64,000 nucleotides of DNA from a virus (lineage: Duplodnaviria > Caudoviricetes), in the IMG/VR virus record IMGVR_UViG_3300020814_000535; one strand, written 5' to 3'. A model generated the notes under the pieces. It saw only the letters and a list, made by a program, of their open reading frames with translations. It had not been told where the DNA came from and did no database searches. Below, in pieces: positions 19,331-28,792 of the stretch. The translations under genes were made by a program, and so were the position numbers. Each line of letters begins with the position of its first letter. The first letter of the stretch is position 1.

Positions 19331-20113
19331 TTAAACAGTAGTGCGGGCGATAAATTCATAAACTTCTTGTATTGGCATGCCATCAATCTTAATCGTCTTT
19401 CCTTGAGAGAGAAGTCTCACTCCAACAATCTTTTGGGCAGTATGATTTGAACCTGGATTGGCATAGTTTCCAAATGTCGCATACATGTCAAACCCATCAA
19501 AAGCATTATCATCTGTTCTTCTTAATTGTTCAATCAATTTGTCGTTGTTTTGTGTTCCCCAGATTTGATCCTCAAAAATCTCTACAACATCTTCGAAAGT
19601 TTTATCAACTCCATTCTCTTCTGTTGCAAATCCCTGGAGGGTTTGATAGAAGTCGTATCTCTCTTGTTGAGACATTTGACCGTTCATTAACCTTTCAATC
19701 CCTGCACGCGAGACTTTTGTTCCATTGCTTCCAACAATCGGAGCCCCACCAACACCACCAGCTGAATTGATTTTATTCTGAAAGAGAGCCTTCTTCTTGC
19801 TAGAATTTATTGGATCTTGCTTGCTGCCTGAAGAAATGCTGTCCATTTCCATTCCGAACCATCTGCGGAGAACTGTCCATAAATAGCCAGCCTCTTTGTA
19901 GTTAATCGCAAAAGCTCCAGTCACCAAGACATGGCCAGCTGCACAAGCATCAAATAACTGAGATGCATAACCATAAATAGGCTGCTTGGTTTGGCGAGTT
20001 GTATACTCAAAGTAAGTGATTTCATCTACCCAGACATCGCCAATATAGATACAGGCTTGGCTGCCCGAAAAATACTCTAGATCAAGAGTTCTATTAAAGA
20101 GTGGTCTAGACAT
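19331..20113 (-). CDS. tail tube-like virion protein (paralog 3)
   Basis: YFSGSQACIYIG...KQPIYGY...VTGAFAIN; similar to 21050..21757. Confidence 0.6.
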   Translation of the reverse strand: MSRPLFNRTLDLEYFSGSQACIYIGDVWVDEITYFEYTTRQTKQPIYGYASQLFDACAAGHVLVTGAFAINYKEAGYLWTVLRRWFGMEMDSISSGSKQDPINSSKKKALFQNKINSAGGVGGAPIVGSNGTKVSRAGIERLMNGQMSQQERYDFYQTLQGFATEENGVDKTFEDVVEIFEDQIWGTQNNDKLIEQLRRTDDNAFDGFDMYATFGNYANPGSNHTAQKIVGVRLLSQGKTIKIDGMPIQEVYEFIARTTV

Positions 20114-21024
20114 TAGATGAATGGATTCTGGCGGACCTTAAATCGATAAAATGGATCAAGGTCCTTGTTGGTGTCCCAATTGTCCTCTTCGAATATAAGA
20201 TCACTTGCCTTTTTTCCCGCCCATTCTGCCTGCATAATGCAATTTTCATCAATCTTTCTTTCCGCGACCGATCTCATGGGGTCAAAATCCCTAGCCATAA
20301 AATTCATTGTAGACTCCGTCAGAATGTCTTCAACTGATAGAACCATTCCCTCGCGGAAAAACTCAACTCCATAAATAGACATTCTAGAGGTATGTCCATA
20401 TTCGTTGGCAAAAACAACAGTGACATCGAGAGGGGGAATTTGATCCGCTATAGCAGTCCCGTATTTAGAGCCATCAAACTCCGTAGCATGGTTAACCATA
20501 AATTCTTCTAACACATGTTTATTAAATACCGTGAAGATCATACTTCCAGCAACATCTCTTGGTCCTCTGGTGTGTCCTTTTGGAGAAACATGTCCTAGAG
20601 CACGGACTTGTTGTTTGTCTCTGTTGGTCGAGATGGAAAGAGTCTGAAGCTCAAGGAGAACTTTTACTGCCCCGTAACTCGGATTCAGCAAATCTCCAGG
20701 GCTTCCTCCACTTAACTTAAGGTCGTTTAAAACGTCAAATGAATCTTGTAGTTTTTTCTTTAAAGTATTGATCTCTCCAACACAGCGAGTCATTTCTGGC
20801 GTGCCTTGTTTTAACGAAGCTATCTTTGTCTGCAGAGCAGACAGGCGACTATTGATTGTGTCATAGTCCACCTGCGCGACCTTGATCTCATTCTTCAGGG
20901 CTTTGTAGCGAATCTGAGCAGAGGCATTTGGATCGTACGTATGCACGAGCACTTTGATGTCAGTGCCCGCATACGAACTGTTGTTTATGTAAACGGATCC
21001 TTTAAGAACTGAATCGTTGGGCAT
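20113..21024 (-). CDS. tail tube-like virion protein (paralog 2) with coiled-coil insertion
   Basis: SYAGTDIKV...LQTLSIS...RGPRDVAGSMIFTVFNKH...ADQIPPLDV...ANEYG, matching paralog 1; ATG 21024 preferred. Confidence 0.65.
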   Translation of the reverse strand: MPNDSVLKGSVYINNSSYAGTDIKVLVHTYDPNASAQIRYKALKNEIKVAQVDYDTINSRLSALQTKIASLKQGTPEMTRCVGEINTLKKKLQDSFDVLNDLKLSGGSPGDLLNPSYGAVKVLLELQTLSISTNRDKQQVRALGHVSPKGHTRGPRDVAGSMIFTVFNKHVLEEFMVNHATEFDGSKYGTAIADQIPPLDVTVVFANEYGHTSRMSIYGVEFFREGMVLSVEDILTESTMNFMARDFDPMRSVAERKIDENCIMQAEWAGKKASDLIFEEDNWDTNKDLDPFYRFKVRQNPFI

Positions 21025-21060
21025 CAAACATATTGTTACACAATACTATTTAGATGCCAA
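21025..21060 (-). promoter_or_regulatory. putative promoter for a leaderless mRNA
   Basis: TTGGCA-N17-AACAAT-N7-ATG, no SD. Confidence 0.55.
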
Positions 21061-21757
21061 CTTTACCCGAAGAGAGGTTGACTCCACCTTGTTCCGCAAT
21101 AGTAGTAGCATTCTTGCTAACTACAGGAGTCCAAGGAACAATCGAACGAGCAATGTAGGTGTGCTGGAATTCTGTCATAATATCATCAATCGACATTCCG
21201 CAACCTTCGTTCAGAATCTCCGCTCCGAAGATACGCATTACAGCCAGATGGCCATATTCATTTGCTGCCGCCAGCGAAATATCAAACGGAGGAATCTGGT
21301 CGGCAAACCACGCACTCGCTAGTTCCTGGTCGCCACCAACCATCGTAATTGGACTCTCGGCATTCTGAACCGTATCCGAAGGGGTTACGCCACTTGTTGA
21401 ACCAAGAGGAACGCTAGTCAGATTGCCGCTCGTTGCTACGCGGAACTCAGGACGAATCTCGTCGATATCAGCCTGGAACAAAAGCCCGCCATCAGGAGAC
21501 AGTCCGCCGAGTACGCCAAGCAGAGCATGTCGATCAAACATGGTTAGAACTAGAGTCCCAGCAATGCCGCGTTTACCTCTCGAAATAGCTCTCGGGTTAG
21601 GATCTCCCATTGTGTAAATGGGCGCCTTCTCACGGGTAATCGAATAACTAATTCCCTGCAACTCGCCAATTACCTTTGACGCCACGATCACCTTCATGTC
21701 TACACCAGAGAACGAATTATACGACTTCGAATATTTACTTGCAGTTGGGGTTGCCAA
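21050..21757 (-). CDS. tail tube protein
   Basis: Directly after sheath; SFSGVDM...LQGISYSITREKAPIYTMG...RGKRGIAGTLV; strong SD AGGAGG. Confidence 0.7.
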   Translation of the reverse strand: MATPTASKYSKSYNSFSGVDMKVIVASKVIGELQGISYSITREKAPIYTMGDPNPRAISRGKRGIAGTLVLTMFDRHALLGVLGGLSPDGGLLFQADIDEIRPEFRVATSGNLTSVPLGSTSGVTPSDTVQNAESPITMVGGDQELASAWFADQIPPFDISLAAANEYGHLAVMRIFGAEILNEGCGMSIDDIMTEFQHTYIARSIVPWTPVVSKNATTIAEQGGVNLSSGKVGI

Positions 21758-21770
21758 AGCTTACCTCCTA

Positions 21771-23666
21771 TTAACCCGCCGAGAGGGCTAGGGTAATGAG
21801 CAGTTGCCGCAATTCAGATACTGGCACCAAACGAAGTTTTAAGGACGCTTCTCCTCGAATTTTCTGAGAACGAGTATAGGTTAGTTCCTTTGTATATCTC
21901 TCGAGATGCGACGGAACAAAAGAAGCAAGCGCCGAATCCAGAGCAGTATCCAAGCCTACAACGCGAACATCGCTAAGTACTCCCTCTCCCAAGAATGGAT
22001 CTGCTTTCGCCCTCAACGCTTCAATGACGTCCTGAACAATAAAAATTGTCATCAGTCGTTGATAATCCGAATCAGGACGAGCAGCAGTCGGAGCATCAGC
22101 AACAACGATACCCTTACGAGCATCCTTAAAGTTTACATAACGAAGCCCAGCTAGTGTGTCTAGTTTCTCGTTGTGCATACGGAACGGCAAACGAACATTG
22201 GGAACTAGCTTGTTTGTAGGAGCCTGATTGCTCTTCATTGTTGTAACAAAACCGCCGTAGTACGTAGCGGCACTAGCCATATAAGAAGTCGAAGAAGACG
22301 AGTTAGAAAACACAGCATAGGCGCTGACAACAGAGATATACTTGCCGATATCAATCAAGTGGTCATTGTCGTCGTACTGCTGGGTGCCATCCGGCCAACC
22401 AGAATCAGTAGCAATAAAACCACCATAAGCAAGACCCTCGATAGTCTTAATAGTCAAACCACGGAGACCAGTTCCGGAATTGCCCTTCTTTCCGGCCATC
22501 CACTTGTTGCCATAGAGACCAGTCCCATTGCTCGAAGACGAGGCAATGTAGAGATTGCCATTCGAATCCTCGGTGTAAGTAGGCAGCTTGCCAATCCATG
22601 TAGATACATGCTTGGGAGCCCACGACGTTGGAGGCTTCACGCCAATTGTGCCAATAATGCTAACTTCGTCTTCAGTTGTGCGATAACAGAAATCAGCAAG
22701 TTGATAGGCAAAATTTGCCTCATGGAAATCTGCGCTAGTTAGCGAAGTCCCAAAAGCATCCAGAGCTGCAGAAGCAGAGCCAACCGAAGGATAAATCTCA
22801 GCCTGGCCGTCACGATCCATGTCCCACCAGAAATAATACTTACCTTCGTACTCTTGAACAAACACAAGGCCAAGAGCATCAAAAGAAGTCCCTCGGGTAG
22901 GATATGTAGTCGGATGTCCATCCCAAGGAGCACTAGTATTTAAAGTAGAAACTTCCGCAGTTGTCATGTCTTGAACGTTCAAGTCATCCAAATAAGCATC
23001 GCGGGGAATTACAACATCAATATCTTCGTTTTCAAGCATCTTGTAACCTTCATAAAGAGCCTCAAAAAGCTCCATACGAGAAAGAAGAATGCCGTCGCTG
23101 CCAGCAGTATAAGTAGCACCCGAAACACCATCAGCTGCAGCCATAGTAATAGGGGCGGCAAGGGTACCGATATTGCTTCCACCAGTAGTAAAGGTTCCAG
23201 TTACAGCAACAAGATGTTCATCAATCGCACCAGCTGGGTAAGCGGGATTGTTATCATAGACAAGAAGATCGTCAGAAACACGCCACACCCTCAGGCGACC
23301 AGTAGAAGCTTCAAAGAAAAGCTTTACGTTTTGGCCAGCAAGGTCGTCCTTCTCAAGGGTCTCAAGAGTTCCACCAGTGCCAATACCAGTAAGGATTGCA
23401 CTCTTAGCGCCAATCCGAACAAGCTTAAAGCGCTTTCCACCGCCGGAATACGCTTCATAAAGACCACGAATAAGGGTACCTTCAGACTTGCCGTAAGCCG
23501 AAGCCGCTGTAGAAACTCCTCCTTGATCTACATCGTATACGATAGTGCTATCGCCCTTCGCAGCAGTACCAAGAATGGCAATAATTCTATTGTCGTCTTT
23601 TGCGGTTACAATTAGATTGCCGTCTTCTAAAGTTGCTCTAGTTTGCGGTAGATTGTCGTATGCCAC
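21771..23666 (-). CDS. tail sheath protein
   Basis: 631 aa; IIAILGTAAKG N-terminus; C-terminal APTNK...YQRLMTIFIVQDVI...LVPVSELRQL typical of sheath; precedes tube. Confidence 0.8.
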   Translation of the reverse strand: MAYDNLPQTRATLEDGNLIVTAKDDNRIIAILGTAAKGDSTIVYDVDQGGVSTAASAYGKSEGTLIRGLYEAYSGGGKRFKLVRIGAKSAILTGIGTGGTLETLEKDDLAGQNVKLFFEASTGRLRVWRVSDDLLVYDNNPAYPAGAIDEHLVAVTGTFTTGGSNIGTLAAPITMAAADGVSGATYTAGSDGILLSRMELFEALYEGYKMLENEDIDVVIPRDAYLDDLNVQDMTTAEVSTLNTSAPWDGHPTTYPTRGTSFDALGLVFVQEYEGKYYFWWDMDRDGQAEIYPSVGSASAALDAFGTSLTSADFHEANFAYQLADFCYRTTEDEVSIIGTIGVKPPTSWAPKHVSTWIGKLPTYTEDSNGNLYIASSSSNGTGLYGNKWMAGKKGNSGTGLRGLTIKTIEGLAYGGFIATDSGWPDGTQQYDDNDHLIDIGKYISVVSAYAVFSNSSSSTSYMASAATYYGGFVTTMKSNQAPTNKLVPNVRLPFRMHNEKLDTLAGLRYVNFKDARKGIVVADAPTAARPDSDYQRLMTIFIVQDVIEALRAKADPFLGEGVLSDVRVVGLDTALDSALASFVPSHLERYTKELTYTRSQKIRGEASLKLRLVPVSELRQLLITLALSAG

Positions 23667-23674
23667 AGATATCC

Positions 23675-23805
23675 TACTTTCTTTTACGCACTTTTAGGCG
23701 CGTGCAAAAGTTCCTGGTTCAACGCGGCGGGTTTCGTCGAGCGCTCTCGCTTCCGACCAGAGCCTTCCGCTCCACAGGCTGCCACCGTAAAGTCTACGGC
23801 AGTTG
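23675..23805 (-). ncRNA. putative TnpB omega/reRNA scaffold
   Basis: Hairpins CTGCCGTA/TACGGTGG and ACGCGC/GTGCGT plus CTTTT/AAAAG overlapping the tnpB 3' end, as expected for these systems. Confidence 0.6.
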
Positions 23806-24865
23806 GTTTCAAGTTAATCGCAGCATTCAAATCTCTATCATGAACAACACCACATTCTGGACAAATCCATTCTCGCACTGAAAGTGGCAATTCTTTCAAT
23901 ACAAATCCACAACTTGAACAAGTTTTACTTGAAGGAAAATAACGATCATGAACTATTAATATACTTCCCGTCATTAAACACTTATATTCAAGTTGACGCC
24001 TTATTTCGGCAAAAGCCTGATCGCCAAGCAGACGAGCAAAGGGGCAATTCTCAAACATCTCTTTTACACTCAAATCCTCGATACCGATAATTGCAAAATC
24101 TCGCACCAATCTTGTAGTAAATTTATGAGTTGAGTCCCTGCGCATATTCTTTATTTTAGCATAAAGCTTAGCTAATTTAACCTTTGCTTTATTCCAATTT
24201 GCCGAACCCCTTGCTTTTCGAGACAAGCTACGAGATAATCTGGCCAACTTTTTCACTAACTTACAACTTACTTTTAATCCTTCAACAACTTCTCCTGTGC
24301 TAAGCACAGCGAGGTTTTTAATGCCAAGATCCACCCCTACAGCCTCAGTTTGGTTCTCGCTGGACTGCAGGGTGGCCTCGGTATCAACATTGATACTTAC
24401 AAACCATTTGTCAGCCGTTCGAGAGACAATTGCTGACAAAATTTTCCCGCTAAATCGTAAAGCTTCGCGCATTCGCACCCACCCAAGCTTTGGAATGCGA
24501 ATTTTACATCCCTTAACAGAAAACTGATCATTCCAAAGTGCAAAACGATCATAAACATTACGCTTTTTAAATTTTGGATAACCGCTATGTTTCTTAAAAA
24601 AGCTATCAAAAGCTTTTCCAAGATTTAAGATAGCTTGATTGCTAGCGCATTTTGTTACCTCTAGAGACCAAGGGAATCGCTCTTTACGGATCTTATTCCA
24701 AAGTACCTTAAGCTTAAGAATATTTGGTTTTTCGCCAGCTTCATACTGGCGTTGCCATTCTTCAAGCGCCCAATTATATGCAAATCTGGCTGTACCACAA
24801 GCCCGAAGCAAGTGGGCCTCTTGGTCTTTATTGGGATCAAGAGTTATTTTGTGAGCCAGAATCAA
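23684..24865 (-). CDS. tnpB: RNA-guided endonuclease TnpB
   Basis: HTH N-terminus (AHKITLDPN...GTARFAYN); RuvC motifs VGVDLG, IEDL, DRDLNAAINL; zinc finger CSSC/CPEC. Confidence 0.95.
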   Translation of the reverse strand: MILAHKITLDPNKDQEAHLLRACGTARFAYNWALEEWQRQYEAGEKPNILKLKVLWNKIRKERFPWSLEVTKCASNQAILNLGKAFDSFFKKHSGYPKFKKRNVYDRFALWNDQFSVKGCKIRIPKLGWVRMREALRFSGKILSAIVSRTADKWFVSINVDTEATLQSSENQTEAVGVDLGIKNLAVLSTGEVVEGLKVSCKLVKKLARLSRSLSRKARGSANWNKAKVKLAKLYAKIKNMRRDSTHKFTTRLVRDFAIIGIEDLSVKEMFENCPFARLLGDQAFAEIRRQLEYKCLMTGSILIVHDRYFPSSKTCSSCGFVLKELPLSVREWICPECGVVHDRDLNAAINLKPTAVDFTVAACGAEGSGRKRERSTKPAALNQELLHAPKSA

Positions 24866-24906
24866 TAAATATTTCCTTTAAATTTAATATCAAATTCTGC
24901 CTAATG

Positions 24907-25632
24907 TTAAGAGGTTGTTAGACCCAATTCAATTACTAGTCGTTCTAATGTCTTTTCTGAGAACCGTGTAATCTTCTCTGTTCGTATATAATATGTAAGA
25001 GGGTATCCGTAAATCGTATTATTATCTATCCTCTTGACAACTCTATCTTTGCCTCCTTGATATAGTATACGCCCAACCCCCATCGCTGTTAAGAACCACA
25101 TATGCTCTTCCATCAAATTTTCAAACCATCTTGCTCTTTTAGCCGCTTGCTTCGTCGTGCGACCCCAACAAGTAAAGTCAACCCAGTTGTCAAAGTACTG
25201 CCCAAGTATAGCTAATCGATAACCGTGGCTGTCTGGATCCTCTATCTCTTCTCTCAAATGAGGGCGGACTTCTCTAACCTCTGTAGCTCCGACAGATCTA
25301 GAAGCGCCACCACCAGAGATCTTTCCTGGAAGCCTCGTTCCAGGAGTAACAGTAATCGCTTCAAGCTCAGAAGCAGTTTCTGGCTCTTCATACGAGAATA
25401 ACTGAAGCTTTCCGTCGTTGGTGACCCCAGAGCGAGACTCGTAGGAATCAATACATTTTTTAACCAGATCAATAACGTCTTCAATCTCTTTCGCAGGGGC
25501 AATCGTCGTTTGGCGATCTGGAACTGAATAAGTAGCAATCTGAAGATCGTAGATCTTTTCTACAATAATATTGGGTTCTTCAGTAGTTAGATCTTCGTCT
25601 ACAAGATCTGTTCTAATGTTTCTAAGTGTCAT
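24907..25632 (-). CDS. neck/tail-completion-like virion protein
   Basis: 241 aa; position between head-joining genes and sheath. Confidence 0.5.
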   Translation of the reverse strand: MTLRNIRTDLVDEDLTTEEPNIIVEKIYDLQIATYSVPDRQTTIAPAKEIEDVIDLVKKCIDSYESRSGVTNDGKLQLFSYEEPETASELEAITVTPGTRLPGKISGGGASRSVGATEVREVRPHLREEIEDPDSHGYRLAILGQYFDNWVDFTCWGRTTKQAAKRARWFENLMEEHMWFLTAMGVGRILYQGGKDRVVKRIDNNTIYGYPLTYYIRTEKITRFSEKTLERLVIELGLTTS

Positions 25633-25635
25633 GAT

Positions 25636-26229
25636 TTATCCATAGGTAGGTGGGTTTAGATACTTAACGCTTTCTTCATGGACGAGTACTCGATAATATT
25701 CAACACGTCCATTATCTGCTCTATATTCTTCTGCTAAGTTAATACGATAGATCTTTTTTCGGGTAACTGGGGTCAAAACACTTCCTTCTTCATCTAGTTT
25801 AACCTCTATAATTCTGTCATCTGTTTCCACTGTATCAGAATATCTAAGATAGAAAATGATGGCTGGAATATTAAATAATCCGGTAGGAGAAAGTTTGTTT
25901 AGAAATGCGTTTGTTGAATCGTTTGGCGCCTGGTATTGTCTATAGGCCCGAGCCCATGATTCATCTGAAAGCACTCCCATGCTAAAGCAAATTGGACACC
26001 ATCTGTCTTTGTCACATTCTTTTGTTGTTGGATCTACGCAGCTGCAGGGGATTGTGTTGTAGTTTTCGTCTCTGCGCGCGACCCTCAAAAGAACAGGATG
26101 AGCTTTTGCCACCTCGGGATAATAGCCGTCCAAAGTCCTGATAATTTCATCTCTCATACTGGCTTCTGTTGTAGAGACGCCAGAATAGAAATTTGGGCTT
26201 CCTGTGACCTTGGGATAATAATCAACCAC
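25636..26229 (-). CDS. head-closure/neck-like protein with Cys motifs
   Basis: CSC...CPIC; position in the neck module. Confidence 0.5.
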   Translation of the reverse strand: MVDYYPKVTGSPNFYSGVSTTEASMRDEIIRTLDGYYPEVAKAHPVLLRVARRDENYNTIPCSCVDPTTKECDKDRWCPICFSMGVLSDESWARAYRQYQAPNDSTNAFLNKLSPTGLFNIPAIIFYLRYSDTVETDDRIIEVKLDEEGSVLTPVTRKKIYRINLAEEYRADNGRVEYYRVLVHEESVKYLNPPTYG

Positions 26230-28007
26230 TAATGCTCATTTCCCTTTCCGGAACGTCCATAGTTCGTATTGTAATAACCATTCTGCCAACGACGACTGAG
26301 AGTATATCTAGATTTTGCTTTTGCTACTGGAATGCCCCCTGTTGGTGGAGTCCATTGTCTTCCAACTGGAGGTCTATCGGGATCTAAAAGACCTTTGGTT
26401 ACTAGTTGGGGTTTACTTACCCCCGCACCTCGCGCATGGAGTGTTGCTTCCCATTTGCCGATACAAGCAAGCGCTTTGTCCAACATTTTACTTGCGGCTT
26501 GTGGATCGTACTGAACCTCAAGATCTCCCAAACGTTTGCTTTTTAGTCCGCCACTTTGTTGCAAGAGATTCAGGATCAGTATTTCTGCCGCACGACACGT
26601 TGTGTATTCTCGCCTAACCCAATTGTAGTAATCTTCAATTGTACTTGCTGTTGTAGCCCAGGTTAACTGATCAGATTCCTGAGACGCCACATAGATTGCA
26701 AGATTAATTGTATCGTCAGGAATTTGGCTAACTATAGCTCCGTAATCCAGGCGCACTCGTCTAACAGCGGAATAAAGAGGATAGTAGGTCGAAGTAAAAT
26801 AGAACTCGTAATCAGCACCAAGCTCTACTCCACCTGAAGAAGCGACTGTTTCGTCTAGTGTCACTGTGACAACTTGATTCATTTGCACCATTCCAGATGC
26901 AACAGTTAATGTGATAGTGTCTCCACTTACCACAATTGACTTGGCAATAATCCCAGAAGCTGGGTTAAGAGAAGTATCTCCGTCTACGGGCTCTACATTA
27001 ACAATAACTGTTGTATTTATTACAGTCGCCGGATCTACGGTATCAGATAGGGTGATAACAATATCGAAATCTGTATCCAAGATGGAGCTTAGGTTAGTTG
27101 CGCGATTTTCTGGAGAAGTAGACTCAACTTCAAAAGTAGTGGCCGACGTCGAAGCGCTATCGGTAACAGGAGTCCCAGTAACAGTGGTTGATGTTGTAGA
27201 GGGAAGCTCTTGAATGCTTCCGCTACCAGTAGTGAACGGCCAAGTTACATTGCCAGTAAAAACTTCCCCAGTTTTAACTACGACGGCAAAGTTGTCTCCA
27301 ACCTCAAAAGTCCCGTCGCCAAAATTTATCTTTACACCGTCTCCTAAAAGAACTACGCCCTTCTCAGTTAGAAATGGACCAAACTTTAGGGCTGGGTCAG
27401 TCCCTCGATACCAGGTAAATCGAGCAGTCCCTGCCTCGCCTGCGACAGAGATTAGAACATGGAAGGTATTTGTGGCCGCCGTACCTGTATACGAACCACA
27501 GTACTCGGCTTCTCCAGTACCAACATTGCCGCCAGGAACAGTATCAAATACCGTTCTGGTAAGGATTCCAGTCGTAAAAGCATCATCTTCATCTTCTTCT
27601 CCAGAAAGATAAACCCTGTACTCTGTATTCGCTGTAAAAGGATAGGTTGGTGTAAAGATCGCCTTAGTGCGCCAAAGACTTCCATTTCCAGACTGGTCAT
27701 AGCCTGAATAGCCACCAAGACTAGTTAGTTGGATTTTCTCAAAGGTAATGTCTCCATCAACAAGGCCGTGATAATCAGAAGACTGGAGGATTTGCTCCTC
27801 GTCACCATCTTCTAGTTTATTGTGGAAAAGCAGGAGATCTGGACCAGACCAAGTATCCTGATCGGGGCCAGTAACGAAAAGATTCTTTTTTACACTTTCC
27901 TCATCAAGCTCTCTATCGAAGAGAACCCAAACCCTATCAGAAAGGATAATATTTAAGCCAGATACCGCAGGATGGATTGAGTCTATAATCGAAGAGAGAG
28001 TGGCCAG
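26229..28007 (-). CDS. Ig-like domain head-tail adaptor-like virion protein (592 aa, CTG start)
   Basis: Frame open 309 codons upstream of the track's TTG 27080; CTG at 28007 follows an in-frame TAG and SD GAGGTG; two Big-like segments (VWVLFDRELDEESV; IVITLSDTVDPATV). Confidence 0.7.
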   Translation of the reverse strand: MATLSSIIDSIHPAVSGLNIILSDRVWVLFDRELDEESVKKNLFVTGPDQDTWSGPDLLLFHNKLEDGDEEQILQSSDYHGLVDGDITFEKIQLTSLGGYSGYDQSGNGSLWRTKAIFTPTYPFTANTEYRVYLSGEEDEDDAFTTGILTRTVFDTVPGGNVGTGEAEYCGSYTGTAATNTFHVLISVAGEAGTARFTWYRGTDPALKFGPFLTEKGVVLLGDGVKINFGDGTFEVGDNFAVVVKTGEVFTGNVTWPFTTGSGSIQELPSTTSTTVTGTPVTDSASTSATTFEVESTSPENRATNLSSILDTDFDIVITLSDTVDPATVINTTVIVNVEPVDGDTSLNPASGIIAKSIVVSGDTITLTVASGMVQMNQVVTVTLDETVASSGGVELGADYEFYFTSTYYPLYSAVRRVRLDYGAIVSQIPDDTINLAIYVASQESDQLTWATTASTIEDYYNWVRREYTTCRAAEILILNLLQQSGGLKSKRLGDLEVQYDPQAASKMLDKALACIGKWEATLHARGAGVSKPQLVTKGLLDPDRPPVGRQWTPPTGGIPVAKAKSRYTLSRRWQNGYYNTNYGRSGKGNEH

Positions 28008-28012
28008 CTACC

Positions 28013-28711
28013 TCACCTCTTTTTAGGTTTAACTATTTTTGGTGTACCATCTGGTAGAAAATCAATCATTTGCCCTTCCTCATCATCTACATTGTAAACT
28101 ACTTTCTCCTTAACGTCACCGACCACCTCGGGAAGATTCTTGAATTCCCCTTCTGCTTCAAGGATTTTCTTGTGACGGATATTCTTCAATTTATCTTGCA
28201 AAAGAGCCTTCACTGAATTCCGATTCTTTCCTTCTTGCTCATACTTTAGAAGGGCAAGAAGAAGAGTCGTGTCCTCCCCCTTGCCTGCAAGATAATCTCT
28301 AATTGCCTTCCAGGAACCTTTAACAACTGTCTTGCACTGCTCTTCAAACCGAGCCTGTTTCTCTTCCTGTTTTGCAGCTACCTCAAGAAGTTTCTGCTGA
28401 ACCTTTTTATTCTCCATCTCTTGGATATACGAAACAACTTCTGGAGAGGCCTGCTCCTCCATCTCTTTTACTTCTTCTGCTTTCTTCTGAGAAACAATTC
28501 GCAGCAATACATGGATGGGAACGCTACTTTCAACACTGCCACTATGAACAGAACTGACGAGGTACTGTTGATCTGGATCGCTGAGGACCTCAAAGTCAAC
28601 CTCTGCAGGACCGGGATTGGCAAACGTCAGATGAATATCATATCCAGAGCCCTGAAAAAACCACATAGGTGGACCTGGATCAGGAAGGGTAATTCTGGTA
28701 ATAGCGGACAT
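28013..28711 (-). CDS. hypothetical protein
   Basis: 232-aa ORF with SD AGGAG, after MCP. Confidence 0.7.
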   Translation of the reverse strand: MSAITRITLPDPGPPMWFFQGSGYDIHLTFANPGPAEVDFEVLSDPDQQYLVSSVHSGSVESSVPIHVLLRIVSQKKAEEVKEMEEQASPEVVSYIQEMENKKVQQKLLEVAAKQEEKQARFEEQCKTVVKGSWKAIRDYLAGKGEDTTLLLALLKYEQEGKNRNSVKALLQDKLKNIRHKKILEAEGEFKNLPEVVGDVKEKVVYNVDDEEGQMIDFLPDGTPKIVKPKKR

Positions 28712-28717
28712 AGAGTA

Positions 28718-28784
28718 CTCCTGTGACTTTAGGGCGAGTTCTTGTTTCTAGATGTTAGGTTAAACTCGACGAAAGGTCAAGGAG
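28718..28784 (-). promoter_or_regulatory. long hairpin after MCP covering the next gene's SD
   Basis: CTCC/GGAG, TGAC/GTCA, CTTT/AAAG and CGAGTT/AACTCG pairings. Confidence 0.45.
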
Positions 28785-28792
28785 AAGTCTAG

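Larger units (their letters stand above)
23673..24903 (-). mobile_element. non-autonomous tnpB-only IS607/IS200-605-like element
   Basis: tnpB with no transposase gene; TAGG at both junctions (24903-24900 and 23676-23673). Confidence 0.7.
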
